DNA from: an uncultured Bdellovibrionales bacterium
GTDB taxonomy: Bacteria > Patescibacteriota > Minisyncoccia > Moranbacterales > UBA1568
DNA: 29,953 bases
Assembly: GCA_964531045.1 (NCBI GenBank)
Contig: CAZHDL010000001.1
Span: forward strand, 3,828 to 33,780
Reading direction: 5' to 3'
Shown in pieces: positions 1-9,605 of this stretch; position 1 is the stretch's first letter, and each line of letters opens with the position of its first letter. Below the pieces are notes generated by a model. That model was not told the origin of the DNA, did no database searches, and was given only the letters and a program-made list of their open reading frames with translations. Both the position numbers and the translations under genes were made by a program.

Positions 1-71
1 ATGAGGAAGGCGAAGACCAGAAACGCCTGGAGCCAATCTCGATGATGGGTACGCATGTGTCTCTCCCATGA
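1..71 (+). CDS. 3' end of an upstream CDS (partial, unknown product)
   Basis: Frame starting at nt 3 is open (EEGEDQKRLEPISMMGTHVSLP*) to TGA at 69-71, just before tatD; too short to identify. Confidence 0.3.
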   Translation, partial: EEGEDQKRLEPISMMGTHVSLP

Positions 72-97
72 GTAGGTGCCTCTACCATAGCAAGTGA

Positions 98-958
98 ATG
101 AGAAAATATCAAACTATGTACGATATCCATACCCATCTGTACTGGGGATCCTACGACGCCGATCGAGACGCCGTGATTGAGCGTGCTCATACTGCCGGTA
201 TCGACAAGTTGTTTGTCATCGGTTGTACGATAGAAGAAAGTCGACAGTGTGTAGCGCTTGCGGAACGGTACCCGGAGATCTCTGCGAGTGTTGGCATTCA
301 TCCGCAGGAATTTTTTGATGAATCCGGAATCTTGAATCTTGAATCTTGGATTGAGGAATTACGAGCGTTGGCCAAACATGAAAAAGTCGTTGCTATTGGA
401 GAGTGTGGACTCGAGTACTACTCTCATGATCCCAAGCAGTTGGTTACGGATGAACAAAAACAGTGGCAGAAGAAAGCTTTTTTGGCACAGATAGAATTGG
501 CACAAGAATTACAGCTTCCTCTGATCGTGCACTGTCGCCCCTCTCTCGGAACTGAGGACACGTACCACGATCTCTTTGCCATCCTACCAGCTACCAGCTA
601 CCAGCTACCAGTAGTCCTCCATTGTTACATGGGCGATACCGAGGTGACCAAGAAATTTCTGTCGCTTCCCAATGTCTATTTTTCATTTACTGGCAATATC
701 ACCTATCCCGTCAAAAAAACCGTCGTGGGAACGAAAGATGATCTGACCGAAACGGTGAAGCTGATACCGCTTGGACGCGTGTTTGCGGAGACCGACTGTC
801 CGTTTCTCTCGCCGCAGACGCATCGGGGAGAGCGCAATGAACCGGCCTATGCGAGAGAAGTGGCGGAAAAGATAGCCTCGCTCAAAGGGGTAGAGGGAGT
901 GCTTGTTGATCAGACAGTGATGGAAAATACTCGGAGGGTTTTTCCGCGTTCCGTTTAG
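98..958 (+). CDS. tatD: TatD family metal-dependent hydrolase/DNase
   Basis: Motifs DIHTHL, SVGIHP, AIGECGLEY, IVHCR, VLHCY, ETDCPFL, RNEP. True start may be ATG at 116 (MYDIHTH). Confidence 0.93.
   Translation: MRKYQTMYDIHTHLYWGSYDADRDAVIERAHTAGIDKLFVIGCTIEESRQCVALAERYPEISASVGIHPQEFFDESGILNLESWIEELRALAKHEKVVAIGECGLEYYSHDPKQLVTDEQKQWQKKAFLAQIELAQELQLPLIVHCRPSLGTEDTYHDLFAILPATSYQLPVVLHCYMGDTEVTKKFLSLPNVYFSFTGNITYPVKKTVVGTKDDLTETVKLIPLGRVFAETDCPFLSPQTHRGERNEPAYAREVAEKIASLKGVEGVLVDQTVMENTRRVFPRSV
584..611 (+). repeat. (CTACCAG)4 heptamer tandem repeat inside tatD
   Basis: Four exact copies at 584, 591, 598 and 605; encodes LPATSYQLP. Confidence 0.95.
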
Positions 959-995
959 GAGTATACTATGGGAGGATAATCAGTAGTGAAGGACT

Positions 996-1301
996 ATGAG
1001 CAGTCGCTTTGAAGGAGGTATCAACCAAGGAACACCTCATCGTCGTGAGGGGCATGCATCCACTCCACCGATGAGAAATTTTGATTATGAGAGCGCTGTT
1101 CAGCGTGCCAGGGATATCATGGCGACGCGAGAGAATATCGCACGTTTGGATAAGGAAATACGGGTGCTCGAAGATAGCTTGCATGTTGCTGGGGATACTC
1201 ATGATCATGAAGAACTTGTGCGCCTCCAGGGAGAAAAAGCATCTGCTGAAGCCCAATTGGCAGCCCTTATCCACCCGCCACAATCACCACAGAAGCACTG
1301 A
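996..1301 (+). CDS. Hypothetical protein, predicted coiled coil (101 aa)
   Basis: GAAGGA before ATG; charged heptad-like stretch ENIARLDKEIRVLEDSL...ELVRLQGEKASAEAQL; no recognised family. Confidence 0.6.
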   Translation: MSSRFEGGINQGTPHRREGHASTPPMRNFDYESAVQRARDIMATRENIARLDKEIRVLEDSLHVAGDTHDHEELVRLQGEKASAEAQLAALIHPPQSPQKH

Positions 1302-1372
1302 CCTGTGTTATACTAGGTGTGATTTTTGTTTGTCGTTAGGGGAGTGGTAAGTAATTCATTTCACATATCATT

Positions 1373-2050
1373 ATGAGTCCGTTTGAACAAGTATCGACAG
1401 AGGGGTCTAAAAAAGCAATGCCCCTTAAGAAAACCAGCGTTGAATCAGGCGGGAATCCCGATGCTATTATGGCTGAGTTATCACGAAAAAGTTGGAATGA
1501 TCGTAACGCTGAAGCGCTTGCTAAGTCATTACCAAACGAAGGGCGCCCACCAAAAGGCGTAGGAGTATATGCGTGGTCGAGCGGGGAAATTGAAAATGTG
1601 GTTGATCCGGATTTCGCACTTTTATCAAGCGAGGAGCAGATGAGGCAGTTTGAAGCGGCACAAATGGAGAAAGGAAGGGTGGATGATGTTGATTTAAAGC
1701 CCATAGCCAGAGCCGAAACCATATTAGAGCTTGATTCGGAAGAGATTGCCTCGGCGAGAGAGTCCGTGCGGGCGCTGGAAGCGGATTTAAAGAAGGCGCA
1801 TCAAGATGCGGAGGCTTCATTTAAAAAAATACAAGATTTACAGTCGCGTCATACGACTGCCGTAGCAAGGAATAGTCCAGATCTAGCGTCACTTGATAGT
1901 GAGCTTTCTGCTGAAGTGGAAGCGTATACAGTTTTAGAAGAATCGATTTTGAGAAATGAACAGGCTATAGCTGCTGCGAGAAAAGACTTTAAAGAAACCT
2001 TCGGTGTTCCATATGGGAACGATAGCCCGTCCCAGAGATTGGATTCCTAG
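1373..2050 (+). CDS. Hypothetical acidic coiled-coil protein (225 aa)
   Basis: Long ORF filling the gap; helical, charged C-terminal half; extended -10-like TGTTATACT at 1306-1314 upstream. Confidence 0.7.
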   Translation: MSPFEQVSTEGSKKAMPLKKTSVESGGNPDAIMAELSRKSWNDRNAEALAKSLPNEGRPPKGVGVYAWSSGEIENVVDPDFALLSSEEQMRQFEAAQMEKGRVDDVDLKPIARAETILELDSEEIASARESVRALEADLKKAHQDAEASFKKIQDLQSRHTTAVARNSPDLASLDSELSAEVEAYTVLEESILRNEQAIAAARKDFKETFGVPYGNDSPSQRLDS

Positions 2051-2062
2051 AATTTTATTGGT

Positions 2063-2091
2063 TTGACCTTTCGGGATTTCACTGATACAAT
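2063..2091 (+). promoter_or_regulatory. Sigma70-type promoter upstream of the atp operon
   Basis: TTGACC (2063-2068), 17 bp, TACAAT (2086-2091). Confidence 0.7.
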
Positions 2092-2259
2092 TGAGGCGCT
2101 TTAGCACCTATCTCTACATTTCCGTATTCTACTGCAAATCTGCTCTTTCGGCTGCAAATCGTTTAGGTATCGTCACGTTACTCTCCGAGTAGCCTTCCTC
2201 GTCCTGTACGATTTTCGCTCGAAATATCAGCTTTTCGTGACGAAAGAGAAATGAGAAAT

Positions 2260-2279
2260 AGGCGCCCTGCGCCTTTTTT
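2260..2279 (+). terminator. Terminator-like hairpin in the atp leader
   Basis: AGGCGC-cct-GCGCCT followed by a T run, 10 nt before the atpB start. Confidence 0.45.
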
Positions 2280-2289
2280 GTTACAAAAA

Positions 2290-3102
2290 ATGGAAATTTC
2301 AATTGCAGCCGAAAAACTATTCAGTCTGGGATTCTTACCCGTGACAAACGCCCTGCTCATCGGGGTGATAGTGAGTGCACTCCTCATCTTTTTTGTGACG
2401 CGCGTGACCAAGCATTTGGCGTTGGTACCACGTGGTATGCAGAACGTTCTTGAAATCGTCTTTGAGGCTTTGCTCGAGTTGGTGGAGAGTGTCACACAGG
2501 ATAAGAAGCAGGCACGTCAGTTTTTTCCTCTTATTGCCACGATTTTTCTGTTTGTGCTTTTTTCAAACTGGGCGGGACTGTTGCCAGGACTTGGAACAGT
2601 GGGGCTGGTACATGAGGGAGCGGAGGGACACGCCACCATCATCCCGTTTCTCCGGAGTACGTCGGCTGACCTGAATTTCACCTTGGCCTTGTCACTCATC
2701 ACCGCGACTTCCGCCGCCAGTTCCCAGAGCGACTTCACCTTGGCCTTGTCACTCATCACGGTGATTTCGGTACAATTTGCCGGCATTGCCGCTCTGGGCA
2801 TCGTAAAGTATGGGAAAAAGTTTTTGATCAGTCCTTTCCATAAGCCCTACGGTATCGGTACGCTCGTCGGGGTACTCGAGCTCGTTTCGGAAGTGGGCAA
2901 GATAATCTCGTTCACCTTCCGTCTCTTTGGTAATGTCTTTGCCGGCGAGGTACTCCTCACGGTTATGCTGCACCTGGTGCCGTATTTCCTGCCACTACCG
3001 TTCATGTTTTTGGAAGTCTTCGTCGGGTTTATTCAGGCTGTGGTGTTTGCTATGCTGACGCTCGTGTTTCTCAAGATGGCAACACTTGAGCCAGAACACT
3101 AA
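2290..3102 (+). CDS. atpB: F0F1 ATP synthase subunit a, with a 19-aa in-frame duplication/insertion
   Basis: PRGMQNVLE, FVLFSNWAGLLPG, SFTFRLFGNVFAGE (essential Arg), LEVFVGFIQAVVF. Start taken at ATG 2290 (MEISIAAEKLF) rather than 2251. Confidence 0.96.
   Translation: MEISIAAEKLFSLGFLPVTNALLIGVIVSALLIFFVTRVTKHLALVPRGMQNVLEIVFEALLELVESVTQDKKQARQFFPLIATIFLFVLFSNWAGLLPGLGTVGLVHEGAEGHATIIPFLRSTSADLNFTLALSLITATSAASSQSDFTLALSLITVISVQFAGIAALGIVKYGKKFLISPFHKPYGIGTLVGVLELVSEVGKIISFTFRLFGNVFAGEVLLTVMLHLVPYFLPLPFMFLEVFVGFIQAVVFAMLTLVFLKMATLEPEH
2677..2759 (+). repeat. 26-bp exact direct repeat x2 around a 31-bp spacer, inside atpB
   Basis: TTCACCTTGGCCTTGTCACTCATCAC at 2677-2702 and 2734-2759; period 57 nt = 19 codons. 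Confidence 0.95.
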
Positions 3103-3116
3103 CCACGAAGTGGTTA

Positions 3117-3158
3117 CCCTGAGTTTATCGAAGGGTAGGTCCTTCAACTCCGCTCAGG
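3117..3158. repeat. REP-like palindromic doublet between atpB and atpE
   Basis: CCCTGAGTTTATCGAAGGG (3117-3135) and CCTTCAACTCCGCTCAGG (3141-3158) are imperfect inverted copies (CCTGAG/CTCAGG and GAAGG/CCTTC stems). Confidence 0.6.
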
Positions 3159-3241
3159 ATGTCGCTTCGCTCCAGTTGGACAAAAATGAAAAATCGCTCT
3201 ATAATAGGTCAGCTTCATACATTCTGAAGAAGGTGAAATAA

Positions 3242-3490
<249 letters not shown>

Positions 3491-3504
3491 AAAACAACGA
3501 ACAA

Positions 3505-3537
3505 GGAACAGCAAAACGAATAGTTTTTTGTTCGTTG
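3505..3537. repeat. Short inverted repeat in the atpE-atpF spacer
   Basis: CAACGAACAA (3505-3514) / TTGTTCGTTG (3528-3537), within a roughly 7-nt-periodic AAC-rich tract. Confidence 0.6.
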
Positions 3538-3568
3538 CTTACTGCTAATAGTTGTCTGCCGATTGTCT

Positions 3569-4051
3569 ATGGAAGTCTTAGCAAAACTGGGTGTTGATGG
3601 GAAACTTCTTTTGGCGCAGGCCATAAACTTCGCGGTGCTCTTTTGGGTACTGCGTCGTTTTGCGTATCAGCCGATGCTTGATTTTCTTGAGAAGCGTACG
3701 GAGCGGATAGAAAAAGGTCTGCAGGATGCCGAGGCAGCAACGGCGAAATTGGGTGAGATGGAGGCCAAAGAAAAAGCCCTGTTGTCTGAAGCTCGAACGG
3801 AAGCCAAAAATATCATTGTTGCAGCAGAAGTTGCCGCCAAAAAGCGTGATGCTGAGCATATGCTTCTGACCGAAGCGAGAGTGCAGAAGCTTCTCGAAGA
3901 GGCACAAGCGAAGATAGCAGAAGAAAAAGACCGGGCTCTGACCGAAGCCAAGAGTGAGATTGGGGAGCTTGTGGTCTTGTCGGTAGAAAAGATTCTTCGG
4001 GAAAAAATTGATGTAGTAAAGGATAAAGAATTACTCGAGAAGCTGAGGTAA
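3569..4051 (+). CDS. atpF: F0F1 ATP synthase subunit b
   Basis: AQAINFAVLFWVLRRFAYQP, LEKRTERIEKGL, long charged helix; ATG at 3569 preferred over TTG at 3563. Confidence 0.95.
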   Translation: MEVLAKLGVDGKLLLAQAINFAVLFWVLRRFAYQPMLDFLEKRTERIEKGLQDAEAATAKLGEMEAKEKALLSEARTEAKNIIVAAEVAAKKRDAEHMLLTEARVQKLLEEAQAKIAEEKDRALTEAKSEIGELVVLSVEKILREKIDVVKDKELLEKLR

Positions 4052-4090
4052 TTCTCCCTTAGAAACTTTTGACTTTCTGACCATTGTTGT

Positions 4091-4489
4091 ATGCGTCCAA
4101 CCGTTTCACAATATGCCGAGGCGCTCGAGCTTCTTTCTCAGGAAGGGATGAGTACTCCTCACGTAATCAGAAATTTCTTGGGATTTTTGAAACGGCGCGG
4201 AGAGCTTACCAAGGCGAGTTCTGTAGTGGAACAGATGGAGAAAAATACCTTGGAGCAATCCGGAATTCTTCGGGTAGTGGTGACTACGGCGCATGAGGCC
4301 GGGGCTGATATGCGAGCACTTCTTCTTGGTCAGGCGGAGAAGATTTTTTCAGGCAAGTCGGTGGAACTTCAGTATGAAGTGAATCCGGCTCTTATTGGCG
4401 GGGCACGGTTTCGTGCTGATGAGACGCTCTATGATGCTACGGTTTCAGCTGAGCTCCGTGCACTTAAGAAAGTGATAATTCATACATAA
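4091..4489 (+). CDS. atpH: F0F1 ATP synthase subunit delta (short, 132 aa)
   Basis: Position between atpF and atpA; N-terminal QYAEAL; C-terminal VVTTAHE...VNPALIGG...LYDATV resembles the delta/OSCP C-terminal domain. Confidence 0.85.
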   Translation: MRPTVSQYAEALELLSQEGMSTPHVIRNFLGFLKRRGELTKASSVVEQMEKNTLEQSGILRVVVTTAHEAGADMRALLLGQAEKIFSGKSVELQYEVNPALIGGARFRADETLYDATVSAELRALKKVIIHT

Positions 4490-4504
4490 TCCGAATACTA
4501 CCCT

Positions 4505-6001
4505 ATGTCCAACCCACTGATTCAAGAATTGAAGAAGCATATCGCTGAGTTTCATCATGAGCCTAAGGCCGAGGCGGTAGGCACGGTACTTGAAATTGGT
4601 GACGGGGTAGCCCGTGTGGCTGGTCTCTCGGAGGTGATGGCTGGAGAAATGGTAGAGTTTGAAAACGGTGCGGTCGGTGTGGCCTTGAACCTGGAAGAGG
4701 GGGAGGCTGGAGTTATGCTCCTTGATGAAACCGGAACACTTGGTGAGGGAGCAACAGCCAAAAGTACCGGCAAGATTTTGTCAGTGCCCGTGGGAGAAGC
4801 CGTGATTGGCCGTGTTTTGTCGCCACTTGGTCTCCCGATTGATGGCAAGGGTGAAGTAATCGCTAAGGCCTACTATCCAGTGGAAAAAATTGCTCCTGGT
4901 GTTATTACTCGCCAGAGTGTCAATCAGCCGCTGCAGACCGGTATCAAAGCCATTGATGCGCTTATTCCGATTGGGCGCGGTCAGCGCGAGCTCATCATCG
5001 GTGATCGCCAGACAGGGAAGACCGCTATCGCAGTCGATACGATTATCAATCAGAAAGGTCAGGGAGTGATCTGTATCTATGTGGCCATTGGCCAGAAGGA
5101 ATCCAAGATTGCCCGTATCGTCGCTGAGCTCACGAAGAGTGGTGCTATGGACTACACGACGGTGGTGGTGGCTGGTGCTTCTGATCCTTCCGCACTGTCA
5201 TTTATCGCTCCCTACGCCGGGTGCGCTCTCGGCGAATACTTCATGGATCAAGGCAAAGACGTATTGGTTATTTATGATGATTTGTCCAAACATGCGGTTG
5301 CCTATCGACAGATTTCGCTCATCCTTCGTCGGCCACCAGGACGGGAGGCCTACCCGGGTGATGTGTTTTATGTTCACTCGAGACTCTTGGAACGCAGTGC
5401 CAAGTTGAATGCTGAAAATGGCGGCGGATCACTCACGGCGCTTCCTATCATTGAGACGCAGGCGGGTGATGTGTCTGCTTATATCCCGACCAACGTCATT
5501 TCCATCACGGACGGACAAATTTATCTGGAATCAGATTTGTTTTACAAAGGTATCCGTCCGGCACTGAACGTCGGTTTGTCGGTATCGCGTGTCGGATCGG
5601 CTGCTCAGATCAAGGCGATGAAACAGGTGTCGGGCACGCTGCGACTTGACTTGGCACAGTTTCGTGAGTTGGAAGCGTTTTCTCAGTTCGGATCTGATCT
5701 CGATGAAAAGACGCGAACCTTGATTGAGCGCGGACGACGTGCGGTAGAAATGCTCAAGCAGCCACAGTATGCTCCATTGCCGGTAGAAAAAGAAGTGGCC
5801 GTGCTCTATGCGCTTACTCGTGGGCATGTCGATGATATCGCGGTGGAGGAAATAGCTCGTTTTGAGCGGGAATTTTTGAGTTATCTTGAGAACGAGGGGA
5901 AGGGAGTCGGTGAAGCGATTTTGAAAGAACGAGCGCTTACTCCAGAAGTGGAAGAGTTATTGAAAAAGCATATCGCGACATTCAAGCAGGCATTTGTGTA
6001 A
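4505..6001 (+). CDS. atpA: F0F1 ATP synthase subunit alpha
   Basis: [25 protein letters not shown] (Walker A), [21 protein letters not shown]. Confidence 0.99.
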   Translation: MSNPLIQELKKHIAEFHHEPKAEAVGTVLEIGDGVARVAGLSEVMAGEMVEFENGAVGVALNLEEGEAGVMLLDETGTLGEGATAKSTGKILSVPVGEAVIGRVLSPLGLPIDGKGEVIAKAYYPVEKIAPGVITRQSVNQPLQTGIKAIDALIPIGRGQRELIIGDRQTGKTAIAVDTIINQKGQGVICIYVAIGQKESKIARIVAELTKSGAMDYTTVVVAGASDPSALSFIAPYAGCALGEYFMDQGKDVLVIYDDLSKHAVAYRQISLILRRPPGREAYPGDVFYVHSRLLERSAKLNAENGGGSLTALPIIETQAGDVSAYIPTNVISITDGQIYLESDLFYKGIRPALNVGLSVSRVGSAAQIKAMKQVSGTLRLDLAQFRELEAFSQFGSDLDEKTRTLIERGRRAVEMLKQPQYAPLPVEKEVAVLYALTRGHVDDIAVEEIARFEREFLSYLENEGKGVGEAILKERALTPEVEELLKKHIATFKQAFV

Positions 6002-6110
6002 ATTTCTAATTTTCAATTTCTAATTTCTAAACAATTTCCAATGTCACAATTTCAAAATTAAGAAATTAAAGCATTGTTTGAAAATTGAGAATTAAAAATT
6101 GAAAATTCAT
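6001..6110. repeat. AT-rich 7-nt-periodic imperfect hairpin (atpA-atpG spacer)
   Basis: Left arm AATTTCTAATTTTCAATTTCTAATTTCTAAACAAT matches the reverse complement of right arm ATTGTTTGAAAATTGAGAATTAAAAATTGAAAATT at about 28/35 positions by my manual alignment. Confidence 0.85.
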
Positions 6111-6115
6111 TTGTT

Positions 6116-7039
6116 ATGGCTTCAGCACGAGACATTAGACGGCGCATCAAGGGAGTGAAAGGCACGGGTAAGATTACTCGGGCCATGGAGATGATTTCGG
6201 CTGTCAAAATGCGGAAGGCTGTACAGCGTGTGCTTGCTATTCGTCCCTATGCCGAGAATGCCATCAGGCTTTTGGAACAACTGAAAAGAGCAGTAGGAGA
6301 CGAAGAGCAGCATGTTCTCTTGACGAATCGCCCGGTCAAGCGGGAGTTGTACGTTGTCATCACGAGCAATCGCGGATTGTGTGGAGCCTTCAATGCTCAG
6401 ATCGTGAAGCGTTTGCGTCAGACGTTGAAAGATGATGCCGAGAGAGAACGGGTTTTTGTCACTGTCGGAAAAAAAGGAGAGAATGCCGTGCGGCGGATGC
6501 TTGCTACTCCCGGGAAGTGGGGAGGCATCATCGCTTCTTTTCCTGATGTGCTCACGACGCCGACTGCGGAAGGTATGCGAGCGCTTGCCAAGTTGATTAT
6601 CGAAGAATTTGAAACGGGTCGAGTGGATCGGGTGGTTATGGTGTATACCGACTATGTATCGATGCTCTCTCAGGAAGTGAAAGTGCGAGCACTCTTGCCG
6701 GTCGCTCTCAAGGATACCAGGAAGGCTATGCACGAGATGAGTGGGCACCCTTCGACAGGTTCGGGGTCTTTTGCGGTGAAAGAGTATGTGATCGAACCGA
6801 CGCCCAAGAAAGTGTTGTGGCAGATGATTCCTCGTTTGCTTGAGATGGAGCTCTACCATGCCGTCCTCGAAAGTAACGCCTCACAGGAGTCCGCCCGGAT
6901 GATGGCCATGCGCAATGCTACCGATGCGGCCAAAGATATGGTGTCGGACTTGACCTTGGCCTACAATCAGTTGCGCCAGGGCAAGATTACCCAGGAGATT
7001 GCTGAATTGTCAGCGGGCATGGCAGCAGTGCAAAAGTAG
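6116..7039 (+). CDS. atpG: F0F1 ATP synthase subunit gamma
   Basis: KITRAMEMISAVKM, ITSNRGLCGAFN, ARMMAMRNATD, RQGKITQEIAE. Confidence 0.98.
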   Translation: MASARDIRRRIKGVKGTGKITRAMEMISAVKMRKAVQRVLAIRPYAENAIRLLEQLKRAVGDEEQHVLLTNRPVKRELYVVITSNRGLCGAFNAQIVKRLRQTLKDDAERERVFVTVGKKGENAVRRMLATPGKWGGIIASFPDVLTTPTAEGMRALAKLIIEEFETGRVDRVVMVYTDYVSMLSQEVKVRALLPVALKDTRKAMHEMSGHPSTGSGSFAVKEYVIEPTPKKVLWQMIPRLLEMELYHAVLESNASQESARMMAMRNATDAAKDMVSDLTLAYNQLRQGKITQEIAELSAGMAAVQK

Positions 7040-7042
7040 AAT

Positions 7043-7099
7043 GTGGAATTTAGAATCTGGAATATTGGAAAAACCAAAATTTTAGATTCTAAATTCTAC
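7043..7099. repeat. 7-nt-periodic inverted repeat after atpG
   Basis: GTGGAATTTAGAATCT (7043-7058) vs AGATTCTAAATTCTAC (7084-7099): 15/16 complementary. Confidence 0.85.
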
Positions 7100-7122
7100 A
7101 CTCGAATTTAGAAAGTTGTTTG

Positions 7123-7155
7123 GAAAAAAAAGAGCCTCGGCGCAGTGCGACGAGG
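7123..7155 (-). terminator. Intrinsic terminator of the antisense cassette in the atp operon
   Basis: Minus strand CCTCGTCGCACTGCGCCGAGGCTCTTTTTTTT; related to the terminators at 13715, 14204 and 14706. Confidence 0.8.
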
Positions 7156-7176
7156 TTGGGTGGGTTCTTTTTGATA

Positions 7177-7389
7177 TCAGGAATCTTGTGGCGGTCCCAT
7201 CAGGATGATGATGCCAAGGACAACGATGGTAATACCAGCGACATCCAAAAGCGCATATTGAAATGGAGTGAGCTTTTTCTCCAGTAAGAAGATGGCAACC
7301 ATCCCTAGTACAACGAGTGCGATACCAAGCGAGAACCGGAGCAGCAGACTTTGGCTCAGGTGAGTACTCCAGCGGGAGAGACGATTCAT
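7177..7389 (-). CDS. Small two-TM membrane protein (70 aa), antisense within the atp operon
   Basis: MNRLSRW...FSLGIALVVLGMVAIF...VAGITIVVLGIIILMGPPQDS; own promoter and terminator; ATG at 7389 chosen because it lies downstream of the promoter. Confidence 0.72.
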   Translation of the reverse strand: MNRLSRWSTHLSQSLLLRFSLGIALVVLGMVAIFLLEKKLTPFQYALLDVAGITIVVLGIIILMGPPQDS

Positions 7390-7455
7390 GTTTGAGGAGT
7401 TTCTCTGAAAAATTCGTGCTCGTTGGCACTGATAGTGAAAGAACAGCGGGTATCC

Positions 7456-7484
7456 AGAGTAACAACAAAACGAGGAAGCGTCAA
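7456..7484 (-). promoter_or_regulatory. Sigma70-type promoter of the antisense cassette
   Basis: Minus strand TTGACG, 17 bp, TACTCT; followed by boxA-like CTGTTCTTTCACTA and a GTGC...GCAC hairpin (7416-7429). Confidence 0.65.
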
Positions 7485-7550
7485 TGAGGAGAGGAAATTG
7501 TTTTTCGGTTTGAGTGCCACAGAGTTTCATGGGACACTGAAACAGTATAA

Positions 7551-8960
<1,410 letters not shown>

Positions 8961-8962
8961 AG

Positions 8963-9075
8963 AAATTTTCAGTTTTCAATTTACAATTTTCAATCAATGA
9001 ACCAATGTTTCAATAACGCATTTGGAAAATTGAGGAATTGAAAATTCAATGAAAATTGATCATTGGTAATTGAAC
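8963..9075. repeat. AT-rich 7-nt-periodic imperfect inverted repeat (atpD-atpC spacer)
   Basis: TTTTCAA/TTTACAA units on the left, TTGAAAA units on the right; ACCAATG/CATTGGT pair. Confidence 0.75.
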
Positions 9076-9078
9076 ATC

Positions 9079-9525
9079 ATGAGTTCTATAAAGTTAAAGG
9101 TTGTTACACCAGAAAGAATTGTAGTGGAGCAGGACGTGTACCAAGTGACCCTGCCTGTTTTTGGTGGTGAAGTGACGCTCCTACCGGAACATATTCCCTA
9201 TATCGGTGCTCTGCATGCCGGCGAAATTGTACTACGTTCAGAACAGCATGGGGAAGAATTTAGTCTGGCAACGTCGGGCGGATTTGTTGAGTTTCATGAC
9301 AATACGCTGGTCATCTTGGCTGATACTGCGGAGCGAGCCGAGGAGATTGATCTGGCTCGTGCCGAGGAGGCCCGCAAACGAGCCGAGGAGCTGAAGAAAG
9401 AACGTGTCACCATGGATGATGAGGAGTATGCCCGCACGGCGGCAATGATTGAAAAAGAAATGGCGCGAGTGCGCGTGGCGAGACGGCACCATCGTCGTCA
9501 GGGTGTGTTGCCACAGAGTGAATAG
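9079..9525 (+). CDS. atpC: F0F1 ATP synthase subunit epsilon
   Basis: LKVVTPER, GEVTLLPEHIP, SGGFVEFHDNTLVILADTAERAEEID...AEEARKRAEE; ATG 9079 preferred. Confidence 0.97.
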   Translation: MSSIKLKVVTPERIVVEQDVYQVTLPVFGGEVTLLPEHIPYIGALHAGEIVLRSEQHGEEFSLATSGGFVEFHDNTLVILADTAERAEEIDLARAEEARKRAEELKKERVTMDDEEYARTAAMIEKEMARVRVARRHHRRQGVLPQSE

Positions 9526-9558
9526 AATGGAATTTTTGACGCAAAAGGAGTAGAATAC

Positions 9559-9591
9559 AGGCGAGGTGATATTCCTCGCCTTTTCTATTTT
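9559..9591 (+). terminator. Intrinsic terminator of the atp operon
   Basis: AGGCGAGG-tgatatt-CCTCGCCT followed by TTTCTATTTTT. Confidence 0.8.
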
Positions 9592-9605
9592 TAAAACAAA
9601 ACACT

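Noticed and set aside
2677-2759. CRISPR mini-array (repeat-spacer-repeat of CRISPR-like size)
   Set aside because: Only two repeats; the repeat is ordinary atpB coding sequence and not palindromic; no cas genes or leader in the window.
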